Shown here in pieces: positions 1 through 11,614 of a stretch of DNA of 29,025 nt. Position numbers and translations under genes: made by a program. Under the pieces are notes generated by a model. That model made no database searches. It was not told the DNA's origin and saw nothing but the letters and a program-made list of their open reading frames with translations. This DNA comes from Kondoa subrosea (Eukaryota). The stretch covers positions 1,602,925 through 1,631,949 of the forward strand of contig BCIN01000004.1 of the NCBI GenBank assembly GCA_039545335.1. The letters run 5' to 3'. Position 1 is the first letter of the stretch. Every line of letters begins with the position of its first letter.

Positions 1-1812
1 ATGCGATCTAGCCGATTTCCTCTTGGCTTTATACGAAGAGAGACTTCAGTACTTGCGTGGTCAGGATCCTTCAGGACCAGAAATTAGAGTGATGCAGGAA
101 CGATATGCGAGTACTAGACCGCGAGTCATCCAAGCTCTAGGTCAGCTAAAAGACAATCGGGAAATCTTTTGCTAACAATAAGGTACAGTCCCAATCGGAA
201 GAAGCAACCATGCATATATCTTGGCGGAAAAACACGAAGATTTCAGAACCTTAGTCGAGCTCTGTCAAAACCCGGTATATGGATCAGCAGCTAAAACTGA
301 ACATTATATTCAGAAATATCAAAAAGATTTCGCATTCTCGCTGTATCAATGGCTAGTGGAGAAAGGTGAGTAACGCCATTCGGACACTTATACTTGCCTG
401 AATTTGTGATCAGGCCAACTCAAAACGCTCATCACTCAGGATGAAGCCTATGCTGGACTCTTGTCCCATTTCTTGCAAGCAACAGATAACCCCAGGATAT
501 CGTGGATACATGAAATCTCACTGGGCGAATTCGATGCAGCTGGCAAAACTTTGCTCACTGAAGTCTCGCGCACTCAATCACTGAGGGAGAAAGAAGTAAG
601 CTGTCTGCTCTTTCCAAGTCGTTGTAGCTCACTACATTACCAGGTCATGCTGAGTATCAGCAAACTTAGTCATCTCGCTTCTCTGACCGATATCGATCTA
701 CAACATGACACACAACTATTAGGTATGCTCGCAATTCAATCCGACACGATTCTCTGACGACCTTTGTAGCCACGCAGAAGGCTCGCGATCTTGTAATCTC
801 GCAAAAAATGCTACTTGATACTTTCGAACGAGGACTTCCTGCTCCGGATCGGAAAGCTCCACTGGAGAAGAAAGCAGAAGCCATCGCAAGGTACTTTGCC
901 CCTCGTCTTGACCGGACTCCTGCACAGCGTATTGTGAGTTTGCTTTGCTTTGCCGTGCCGTTACAAACAACCCATACTGACTTTATCTGTCCAGCTATTC
1001 GTACGATTGATCAAGCAAATGTTGCAAGGCCTTGCTCTCAGTATAGAAGATCTCGTGGACGTGTACACACTGCAGACTGAAGCTTTCGATCCGCAATTGA
1101 TCTCAACAGATGAAGCAGAGGAATTGGACGAACAACGCGCGCAAAGGCAGTATTGGACTTTTGCTGCAGCTCTTGTGCTACTTCATCGAAGTCCTGTAAA
1201 CTTCTGGCCTAAACCCGTGTCGCTATCGGCTAAATACTCACGCAGGAAATACCACCTGCTCGCTTGCAAATGGCTTTGGCGAATGTTTGGCGTCGGGTCT
1301 ACCTGAGAGATGAGTAAGTCTAGTTGATGCGGCTGATCGGTCAGCACTCATTCGGGTATCATCAGCTGGGAAACCATTCACACCGCTTCTGGCTACTCCG
1401 ATGAACAGCAAGCCGACATCATTCGCACTACAGCATTATTTCAAACATTCATCGGCGCTTGGAATGATGCTCTGCATCTCAGCGAAGATGACTTATGGAC
1501 GCCCGCACGTGCTTTGTTCCGGTCAGGGGAAAGCGACTTGAAAGCTCGATTCCCTGGGTCCTCAAACCAAGAGATTAGTCTGCTTGAAGATGATATGAGA
1601 GGTCAGTCGGTGTCTAGCTCCAATTTTGCATCTGCTTACGCGCGGGAGTAGCCGAATCCGAAGAGCTTGAACGTCTTACCGCAAGTTGTTCGCTGAACGA
1701 TTATCGCAATGAGGCCGTCAGGCTGTACAATCACTTTGTTCAATCTGCTGATCAAGCGCTGAAAGAACAAGAGGAAAACTCGGAGGATGAAGCAATTGAT
1801 GTAGATGATTGA
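1..1812 (+). CDS. NUP133: Nucleoporin Nup133, C-terminal part (5' end lies outside the window), multi-exon
   Basis: Spliced reading gives ...ERYASTRPRVIQAL/VPIGRSNHAYILAEKHEDFRTLVELC...YIQKYQKDFAFSLYQWLVEKG/QLKTL...LSHFLQATDNPRISWIHEISLGEFDAAGKTLL...MLSISKLSHLA, matching Nup133 C-terminal motifs (LAEKxxDFxxLVELC, SWIHxI, LSxxKL). Introns are GT-AG (e.g. 140-188). Acidic tail EEENSEDEAIDVDD ends at TGA 1810-1812. Confidence 0.85.
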
Positions 1813-2199
1813 TCGCTTTGTAATCCAAGACATTGAATGTCGATACTCTGATTCTGCCTCTGTCTGTCCGTTCGTAACTACGAAGAGGATGCAATCGTCC
1901 GACAGAAACTGTGCAGCGGCATTTCGACGGGGAGGTCACTCATGGAACGCCTGTCGACCGATAATCGGAAAACTGAAGAAATTCAAGCCAGAAGATGAGA
2001 TGCCTCTTTGGGCAGTCATAGTCGCTAATCAAGGGAGTCGCAATCAATCGGAACAAAAAAGGGACGAAGAGAGCTTGAAAAGAGAATGCTTGAGCAGCAA
2101 TTCCGAAGACAATCAACTTGAGCGCGAAATACCAGATCTGTCGCAAGCGCAAGAATAGCTTTGCACCTGCTTTGTCTGGTCGGACAGCACATCAAGGAT

Positions 2200-2207
2200 T
2201 ATATATA
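2200..2207 (+). promoter_or_regulatory. Candidate TATA box of the forkhead gene
   Basis: TATATATA about 140 bp upstream of the proposed ATG at 2345. Confidence 0.35.
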
Positions 2208-2344
2208 CGACTTGCTGGCTTTGCGTAGACGACGGATGTCCTTTGAACTCAAACCTCCATATCACCAACATCCGTTCAACACTTGAAACAGCTTGGAAGC
2301 TACTCAGTACACTGTAGTCCCTACTTCTTGGTGTAGGCTACAAC

Positions 2345-4623
2345 ATGGAACATTTCCTTGATCCCGGTGAGTCACTTATAAGTTTACAGGCTCACCTCGA
2401 CTGACAGCAATACAGCTCTGTACAATTCCTGTACTCCATCTTATACAGTAGTTGGACAGGATGGTAGATCGTCGCGTCCAGGTATGAAGATTCCTTATTG
2501 ATGAAATAGGAGCCGATCAAATGAATTCAGCTACATGTCTCTATCCTTCATTAGACAGCTTCCCAATTAGCGCCAGCAATGGTACTCAAGCTCAACTCGC
2601 ACCTAGACTGGCGGCTCATCTAGCGATGCAAACTCAAGCTCCTTCATCGTCTCAGTTCGATACCTCTGACCAACGTTCGGCAGCATTGTCTGACAGCTCA
2701 GAATCCTACAATGCCGCACCCTCTTTGCTCCATAATACCCGGACTATGATCAATAGTACGGGAAGCGGTACTTTCACTCTCGATACTGGCAGTCCCGTAC
2801 CATCTTCAATTGGATCCCCCGTCTCAAGCTGGAATGTGTTCTCACCCCGAGAAAGCGTGAGCAGCTTTGGAACAGCTTCTCGTGGAGCTAGTCCGGCTCT
2901 AGGTAGTACCGAGCTTTTCAAAGCAGACCAAACTACTGCCACTTCAACTTATCTGGCTGCACCTTGGGACAGAAGTCCTGCTCCTATTCCTTACGCCTTC
3001 AACTTCCAATTTCCCTTCGCGCACCCAGCGGTCGCTCAACTTAGAGCTACGCAGCTGGCGCCAGTGAAAGCATCGAAAGCATCGAAAGCCAAATCTGAAC
3101 CCAACGTTGACCAACCTGTTGTCGATAAACTAGACCAGCCTATATACGGTGTAAGACCAGGACCAATGCCTTCAGCTGTCGCTTTGGCTGCCAATCCTTG
3201 GCTATGTCTGAAGCCCTACGGTATTGAGGTCGCTGCCTGGCAAGCCGATATCCCTATGCTTCCAGTTCAGCTTGCCATTCCTTCCGCTTATCAATCTACA
3301 ACGCCTAACACTTCTGCTGGATCTCAATCTGCTTCTATTGAAGATCTCTTGGCTCCTGACAGTCCTGCTCTGCCAGCGAAATCGAAAAAGCGGAAAGTCA
3401 AAGAATCTAAATCAAAGAAGATTGTTCTGCCTATGTCCACATCTTTCAATCAAAATCACGAAGTGCATCGCCCTCAGCTCACTTTCGAAGCTCTTATTGC
3501 ACAAGCTATTCTTACATCGGAACACAAGAAGCTACCTTTGGCCGATATTTACCAAGCTATTTCTGAGAGATATCCCTTCTATCAACTAGAGGGCGCAACT
3601 TCTACTGGATGGCAAAACTCAATTCGTCACAACTTATCTCTCAGAGACACCTTTGGCAAAGTTCCAAGAGAGTTGGGCAATCCTGGTAAAGGCGATTGCT
3701 GGGTCGTGCTCAAAGACAAAATGGACAAGTTTCACTTCATTGACGACGGCGAAGAATTCTTACAATCGCAACATGCAAACGAAATTGCGCCTCTTAACTT
3801 GATCGATAATACGAAGCAAGATCAGCGGGAAATCCCAGAGGAAGAGGAAGAGGAAGAAGGAGAGGATAAGGAAGAGGGAGAAGAAGACGATATGGCCATT
3901 GCAACTACACATGCTAAGAAAAAGCAGAAAACTGTTCATTTTGAATCTGATGAAGCGGTACCGGAGCAATTGTCGATTCCTGCTCATTGGAGAGCTCCAA
4001 ATCCGGATTTATCTTCTTCTGTCAAGACTCGTCAGACTCGACAGCGGTCTTTAGCTGCTCCTACTTCAATTAATGTATCATCAAATGCCGCTGCTGCAAT
4101 TCGACCTCTGACCCGTCGCAGCATGCTCAATCAAGTACTCAGTATGCCTACTCTCGATCAAACTGCTATGACTACTCGAACAGGAAGTTCAGTCAAGACT
4201 TTGAAGCGTAAACGAAATCCTATTCCGCAACCAGAACCTGAGCCAGAACCTGAAGAAGCGAGAGAAGAGAAGTCAGTATCAGGTAGCGATGAAGATGAAG
4301 ATGATGGTAGTAGCAGCTTGAGCGAAATCAGCAGCGATGATGATGATGGAGATGCGTACGTTCCAGAGGAGGAGGAAGCTGATGAACGACCAAAGAAGAA
4401 GACGAGAATCGCTTCTCCGATCAAATCTAACAAGAATATCCGTCGGGCTGGAGTTGCTACCAAGATTCGAAACGCCAATATCACCAATGCTGGCAATATC
4501 GAAAGTGTCTCTTCGGCAGCTCAAGTTCAGTCAAGTGGCATTTCAAATACCAACAAAGCACAATATATCGCTGGTGGTTGGGTGAACGGTGTCTTCAAAC
4601 GAGGGCAATGGGTCGGCAAATAG
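2345..4623 (+). CDS. Forkhead (winged-helix) transcription factor without a recognisable FHA domain (Hcm1/Sep1/Mei4-like architecture)
   Basis: Forkhead domain at ~3469-3710: RPQLTFEALIAQAILTSEHKKLPLADIYQAISERYPFY...GWQNSIRHNLSLRDTFGKVPRELGNPGKGDCW. Probable true start is ATG 2345 (caacATGG), with introns 2367-2415 and 2482-2530 joining in frame to the 2521-4623 ORF. Acidic tracts, a PEPEPEPE repeat and basic NLS-like stretches are present. Confidence 0.92.
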
Positions 4624-4820
4624 CAACGAATTACATACTGAGGGTTTTGGGTGGGTCAACTGGAATATACAACTTGATAATGTTTTGAGTTCGAAGGGAC
4701 ATAATACTACACTTGTTTTGTCACAGCTGCGGGACACGGATCTGCGTAACAGGCTGCCACTCGCTAGACTTGTATCGTATTGCTCTTTGAGATGGTCAAA
4801 CCTTGACGACCGAATTCAAT

Positions 4821-6271
4821 ATGGCAAGTAAGTGAAGCAGCTCGGCCTCACCTCTGGCAAGAGCTCAAGAGACTGCCGTCAGATCCTTTCTCTGATCCGC
4901 CGTCGCGCTCTACGTTGGACGACAACCCTTTCTCGTCAGTCCGCGCTTGCTTTGACTGGCATAGGTCGCGAGTTCTGATTATCTGAGAACCTGGACAGAG
5001 ATCCAACAATATCTGCTGCTCAAGGCTCAACTCACAGCATCAACCTATCAACAGACTCATTCGAGGATGTCCAGAAAACGCCTACCACTTCCTACTCTCA
5101 AGCATCCCGACAACAAGATAACGATGCTGCTCTGAGGCTCGAAGAGATCAGGAAACGTGAAGCAGCTTTAGCAGAGCGAGAGAGATCAGTAGGACAACGT
5201 GAAGCTCAAGTACGCTATGGGAAGAAGAACTGGCCCTTCTTCTACCCTCTGATTTACCACAATATCGCTGTGGAGATTCCTTCAGAAAGTCAGACCGTCG
5301 TCCTCACTTTGTACAGACTTTGGCTTTTGCTAGTCTTGACTTTGATCTTCAACATGATCGGCTGTGTCTTCTTGCTTATATCTGGTCAACCTGATGGAGC
5401 GTGAGTATAGAATCGGATCCTACAGTATCGCGCTCACAATTGCCATAGAAAGGATCTGGGAGCAGGAATCATGTATCTGCCTGTCATTACAGTGACAAGT
5501 TTTCTGTTGTGGTACAGACCTATCTACAATGCGTAAGATCGATTACATACACAGATGTTATAATATCTGAATATGTCTCAGATTCATGAAAGAACATGCG
5601 CTTTTCTACTGTAGGTTGATTCGCTTGATTATTGAACAAAGCTCATAAGCCTCAGACCTTTTCTTTGTCTTCGGCGGCTTCCATCTCGCTTTCTCGGTTT
5701 ACATGTAGGGCCTTCTCTTATGCTTGTGACCAAGCTAATGCAAATACAGGTTGATTGGAATTCCAAGTCAGTGACATTGGGCTGCTCAAGTTCACTTGTG
5801 CAGTGCTAAGGTAATGACAGGTACTGGATCAGCTGGACTGATCAACACCATCCATGCTTTCGCGACTGGATCAATTCTTACTGGAGTATTTGGTATTCTA
5901 TCAACAGTAAGCTTGTTTCTCCACTGCAAGTACATCAATCTCAATTCAGTCTAATACACAGATCGGATGGGGTAGGTCCATCGTACTGTGATGCTCTTAG
6001 CTCCAAGTGCTCATCATTGCCCTACAGGTCTTGGTAGTCTAGGATTACTATACGAATACCGATTGGTCAGTTCTGTTCAGGCCATTGCGTAATTTGACCG
6101 ATTTGTTTCCCTCAGATTTGGGCGCACAAGAACGTCAAGGGTCATACTTTCGAACAAGCGCAGAATGAAGTTGCAACGAGGGGAATCAAGTGAGTGCACT
6201 ATACTGCTCAAATTCACACACGTTGACAATACCACATTAGGGCATACATGACAAGAGGTTCTCAGGTATAA
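4821..6271 (+). CDS. Secretory carrier membrane protein (SCAMP family), roughly 11 introns, absent from the ORF track
   Basis: Spliced: MANPFSDPPSRSTLDDNPFSDP (NPF motifs), coiled coil LEEIRKREAALAERER, KKNWPFFYPLIYHNIAVEIP, LYRLWLLLVLTLIFN, SFLLWYRPIYNAF (SCAMP E-peptide), IGIPSTGSAGLINTI, ...IWAHKNVKGHTFEQAQNE...AYMTRGSQV, stop TAA 6269-6271. Confidence 0.9.
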
Positions 6272-6653
6272 CTTGTTGGGAGCTTAGGAGAAACGAGCGG
6301 AGTAGAAATGATGGTTTAACAAACGGGAAAGCGGACTGTTTTCGCTTGTGTTTCTTGCAAGCGCTATCTGTATGAAGGCTACTCTAGACTACATTATGAC
6401 TAGCCCTGGCCTCGAGCGACATCACTCCAACTCTAGAGACAAAAGAGGCTTTCTTCGGACCATTCATCACCTGAGCGCAAGATCACAAGCTTCATCAGAA
6501 GTAGAGCACAAGACCAGTCGAAGAAAGAAGAGCGTCTCTTGCTTGGTCTTCCTATAGCTCTCGCTTTCGCTTTCAAAGTGTGAAGTTCGAAATCGAGCCA
6601 ATCTCGACTCTCACTCCTTTTCTGTTCAATCGAGTGTTTTCATCTGTGCAAAC

Positions 6654-9600
6654 ATGGAAGCTTTGCCTACAGGACCTGAGCCTGAGGTGTATCATTTTAC
6701 ATCCTCAAACGATATTCATCAGACTCCGAACGGAACCATCAAAAACGAATCGACTCCACCTGTCAGTAATATTGTGCCTACTACAGAACTCGCCAAACCA
6801 GCTGCTCGACCAGGGAAAGGCAGAAAATCAAAAGCTGAAGCCATTTCAAAGATTGCTCAGTCTTCCACTTCATCTTCATCTGGTACTCCTTTACAACCTA
6901 CTAATGGATCGAACGTCAAAGCCCCTATTCCAGTCAAACCGGTAGTACAAGAGATTCCTGGACCTGAATTGAATCCTGCTCGCAAAGCAATGGCTGCCAA
7001 AAAGGCTGCACCTTTAGATTTCACTACACTCAGAACTAGCGTACCAAGGGATATACCAAATCGGGAAGAAGGAAGATTGTTCGGTATACCTCATTGCCCA
7101 GTCTTCTATCCAACCATCGAGGAATTCTCAAAACCTATGGAATACATCGAAAGAGTTGCCAAAGAATCTGCTGGCGCTCATGGCATCGCAAAGATTGTTC
7201 CACCTGAAGGCTGGGCTCCACCTTTCTCATTAGATTCAGAAGTAAGTTTTGCCCTGTGTCATGCTGTTTCCATCTAAACTTGTTCTCCTAGACATTCCGC
7301 TTCAAAACTCGTTTGCAAAGACTCAACTCTATGGAAGCTTCTGCTAGAGCAAGTTTAAACTTTCTAGAGCAGCTCTATCTCTTTCACCGTCAGCAAGGCA
7401 ATGCTAAAGTCAGCATTCCAACCATTGATGGTAAGAATGTCGATTTGTGGAGATTGAGGAGAGAAGTCAATCAGCTTGGAGGTTATAGAGAAGTGAGACA
7501 TATATCTAGCTGGAAACGCTCAGAACTGATTTGTTATCCAAGGTATCTCTAAATCGAAAATGGTCACTTATAGCCAAAAACTTAGGCTTCGATCCTCAAG
7601 TCAACACTAGGATTATGACTGAACTCAAAAGAGCATTCTGCAAGATCATTCTTCCTTTCGAGCTCTACGTTGAGCGCATCAAGATTTCTGGCTTGAAAAT
7701 GACTACCGCTCCATCTAGCTCCAATTCTGCTTCACCTATTGCTGTCGGAATGGCTTCGAGAATGATGGGTGGTAGTGCAAAGAACGACTCTCCTGTGACG
7801 TTCGCCCAGGTTCAAGAAGCATCTGCCAAGTTGAATGAAGTTCTTAATACTGATGGTGAGCTGCTTTTCGCCCGCACATCTTTCGTCCTATGCTGAAAAT
7901 CGCTGGTCAGGATCTTCTGCTGAAGCCCAAATGATGGAGCCTTCCAAGTTCTCTGATCGACGCTTGCTTGATGCCGGGGAGGCTTGCGAAATCTGCCATC
8001 ATGACCACGATCATGTTTGTCTTACTTCTCTTGGTCGCGGTCCATGTGCTAATGATACCCTACAGCACAAGATGCTCCTCTGCGATGACTGTGATCGAGC
8101 TTATCATATGAAATGTCTTTCTCCGCCAGTCAGCAGTATTCCGAAAGGCGATTGGATTTGCGATGCATGTATCATCTCAACGGGAGCAGATTATGGATTC
8201 GAGACCGGGAAAGAATACAGTTTGGAAATGTATCGGATCAAGGCGGACGAGTTTAAGCGTCGTTGGGTAAAGAAGCATGGTTTGGATCAAGCACCTCTTC
8301 AAGATACAGAAAGTACTGGCGCTTCTTCGACTGAAGCGGAATATGCGGATGAGCTCAAGATGGAAGATCGGATAGAGAGAGAATTCTGGCGGTTGACTGA
8401 ATCTCAAACGGAAACTGTTGAAATCGAATATGGAGCGGACTTGCACTCAACTAAATATGGCAGGTTAGTCGTAGTCCTCACGCTGTAGACTCTCGATAGA
8501 ACCTTGCGAACAGCGGTTTCCCTTCGCTTGAGCGAGATCCCTTGGATGCTTACTCTCGAGATGGATGGAATTTGAACAATCTTCCCATCCTCAATGGCTC
8601 GCTCCTACGATATATCAGAAGCGACGTTGCTGGCATGACAAATCCTTGGCTATATGCTGGGATGGTCTTCTCTACTTTCGCTTGGCATAAGGAAGATCAC
8701 TATACCTACAGGTATGAATCATATAATAGTGCTGTGCCTTGGCTCAGTATGCCATAGTGTCAACTATCATCACCTTGGAGAGACCAAAACCTGGTATGGA
8801 GCTCCCGCGGAAGACGATGCTTTGCTGGAAGAAACGATTCGCAAAGCCGCACCAGAACTCTTTGAACAGCAACCCGATCTCATGTTCCAACTTGTTACTT
8901 TGATGAGTCCTGCACGTCTTAAGGCAGCTGGCGTGCGACTATCAGCGTGTGATCAACGGCCAGGCGAATTTATCGTGACTTTCCCTCAAGCATATCATTG
9001 TGAGTTTCGTGGTTGCCGTGACAAACCATGTATTGATTGCATCGCACAGCCGGTTTTAATCATGGCTTCAACATTTGCGAAGCAGTCAATGTGTGCTTGC
9101 CAGACTGGCTACCTCACGGTCTCGCTTGTGCGCAGCATTACAGAGATTTACGCCGGCTACCGGTCTTTTCTCACGACGAACTCCTCATGACTCTCTTTGC
9201 AAATGAGAAGAACCCTCGCTCGTCTCGATGGTTATATCCCTTCTTTAAAGAGATGATCGAAAGAGAATTGACGAGAAGGCAAACAGCAAGAGAATCTCTT
9301 GCCGATTTGACCGAAGAAGTGGATGACTCAGAATTGCCTGAAGATCAAACTCAATGCACTGTTTGCAAGTCTTACTGCTTCCTATCACAAATAGTGGCTA
9401 CGTCTGCACCAGAACGCGTGACTTGCTATGAACATGCAGCTCAAGTCCTCGGTGAAGCCAACAAGACTCTGCGATTGAGATATACAGACGACACGCTCCG
9501 ACAATTCTTGAACAGAGTCAAAGCACGCTCAGACAAGCTCGGCAGGCAAAGTATGAGCACGGAGGATAGCTTTGCGATCAATACCGGAGAGGCTCGTAAA

Positions 9601-9873
9601 TCTGGTCGAGTAGTAAGCATCGATACTTTTTTTGCAAAGAACCAATACTGATGATGTCTGCAGCGTATTCCAACAATTGCTGCAATGGAAGCTGCTGGAG
9701 AAGAAGTTATTCCTTTGGCTAAACGAAAGCTCATGGCTCAGCCTGGATACGACGGCTCTTCGCCAGCCAAACGATCTCGCGCACAGACGGAAGAAGAGAC
9801 TCCTGAAGTAGAAGAGCCAGCAGAACAAGTATCACAGATGGATACTATCATGTTAGATCCTGCGTTGATGTAG
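6654..9873 (+). CDS. JARID1/KDM5-family histone H3K4 demethylase (JmjN-ARID-PHD-JmjC-degenerate C5HC2), Jhd2/Lid2-like
   Basis: JmjN: CPVFYPTIEEFSKPMEYI...GIAKIVPPEGWAPPF. ARID: IPTIDGKNVDLWRLRREVNQLGGY...KWSLIA. PHD: CEIC...LLCDDCDRAYHMKCLSPP...GDWICDAC. JmjC: [61 protein letters not shown], with Fe(II) ligands HxE...H intact. Multiple GT-AG introns. Confidence 0.93.
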
Positions 9874-9975
9874 TGGGTGTTACGAGAGGGAATGTATGAG
9901 TGTAATGTCTTATATTGAATCTTATGTACTTTTTAGCGCAATGTCGCAATATGTTTTCTCATTCACTTGAGCTAA

Positions 9976-10916
9976 TCAAACCCATCCGCCTTTGATAATC
10001 ACGGTGATTGAGCTAACGATGTCCTGCACTGCTCAGCCGACTCACTCACCAAAGTGACCTTGTGCGGAGGTCCCAGCCTGAGAATGGGCGTCAAAAGGAG
10101 CTCAACCAGAGCGAAGGCATCTCACGTAGGTCAAAAGATCCGGCTGAACATAGTTATTGGCTCCATAATAAGCATCTTGTTGATTCGCCTGATTGAAGTA
10201 GTACTGTTGCTGGCTGGAGCTACTCGAGGCGGCAGCATAATTGGATTGGCTGGGACCTGAGGGGAAAGCATTCTGATCATACGCGTATTGATCGCCATGA
10301 TGAGGCTGTTCTGTGGCGACATAATTCGAGTAACCGCCGAATGTAGGGGAGGAAGCCATTTGAGCATGTTGCCATTGTTGAGGAACAATTTCATGATTCT
10401 GAAAATGATCCGTGTGACCATTTGACTCAGAAGCAGTACAGTGAGAGAAGAAATGGGCAGCAGAGTTCAAGTCAGCCATCTCTTCTGAGGAAGGAGAAGC
10501 GGCGGTTTGCTAGAAGAAACAGTCAGCTCTTGCGATTTATGTCCATGCGAGGTACACTGACAACAGAATAGGCATCCCAGACACAAAGCTCGCCGCGGGC
10601 AGTACAGGCAGCGCATTGAGCCTCTTTTGAGCATCTGACTACGAAGTCAGCAGTGTTTCGACAAGTCAGCGCGATAGTAATCACTTTATTTTACGACGAC
10701 GACAATCTATAAAGGAAAAGCACGAGCTTCAGCTAAGTCGGACAGAACTGAAACTGAACTCACTTTCGCATGACCTTTTGATACGAGTCTGCTTGACTTG
10801 AACATAAGGCGTCTCTGTTTCAGCTTCCGGACTGTATCAAGCCAGAGTTACAGAGCATACGAAAGAGTGGTACAAAAGCCGTACGCATAATAGTCGGCAT
10901 AGTGATCATATGACAT
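9976..10916 (-). CDS. Small Zn(II)2Cys6 (GAL4-type) zinc-cluster protein, about 200-210 aa, 7 exons
   Basis: Minus-strand splicing: MSYDHYADYYA/PEAETETPYVQVKQTRIKRSCE/NCRRRKIK/CSKEAQCAACTARGELCVWDAYSV/QTAASPSSEEMADLNSAAHF...(Q/Y/N-rich)...PDLLTY/AGTSAQGHF/GGWV stop. Spacing is C-x2-C-x6-C-x5-C-x2-C-x6-C. Confidence 0.85.
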
Positions 10917-11614
10917 ATCACTCAAACAAGCGATAGTCAAACAGAAGGAAGAAGATCGAAAGGGAAAGAAAGAGAGAGATCTCGCCAAAACGTGAAGACC
11001 ATCTAAACGACTCCTCCCGAAAGTACACCGCATACAGACGGCTATGCCAGATCTTGTTGCAAGCTAAGAAGTAAGGGCTAAGCAAAGTCCTCGGAGACGG
11101 CATAAGCAAGCTAAGGTTATCATAAAAGGGATGTGTGCAACATAAACGAAAAGAAGAGGCTTCTTTATGCAGAGTCAGTCTCTATCTCATCTGCACCGAG
11201 ATTTGCAGCTTACAAGGGGAGAAATACTTGATCCACTCATCTTCTAAGATTCGAAGTTCAGGTTTCGGCTATGCAAACACAGCTTTGGTAATTTGAAAAG
11301 CTAAGCTAGGTGCCGAGCTCGCACGTTGAAGATATCATAGCTGTGTTGCAGCGCAAATAGATAGGTCGGCGCAACGAACAGCAGCGGGTGAACTTGAACA
11401 AGGCGGTACAGAGTAAAGTGTAAAAGAGAAAGCGCAGATGATTTCGGTTGGGGAGCATCGTGAGTCATGAAATAAATACACTAATCATGGCATCATCAGC
11501 TAGTGAAAGTACAAACGCTGATTTGCAGGCTCACTTTGACAATACGTCCAACATGCCTCGCGAGATTGAGGTATCAATATGATTCAAAGGCTTTATACAT
11601 TTACCAGCTACATT

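Noticed and set aside
1805..2158. 117-aa ORF after NUP133
   Set aside because: It overlaps the NUP133 stop and 3' UTR and has no recognisable motif or intron signals; probably a chance ORF.
4158..4496. Ser-rich antisense ORFs in the forkhead gene, and similar ones opposite KDM5, TVP38 and UFE1
   Set aside because: They are shadow frames of low-complexity coding sequence on the other strand.
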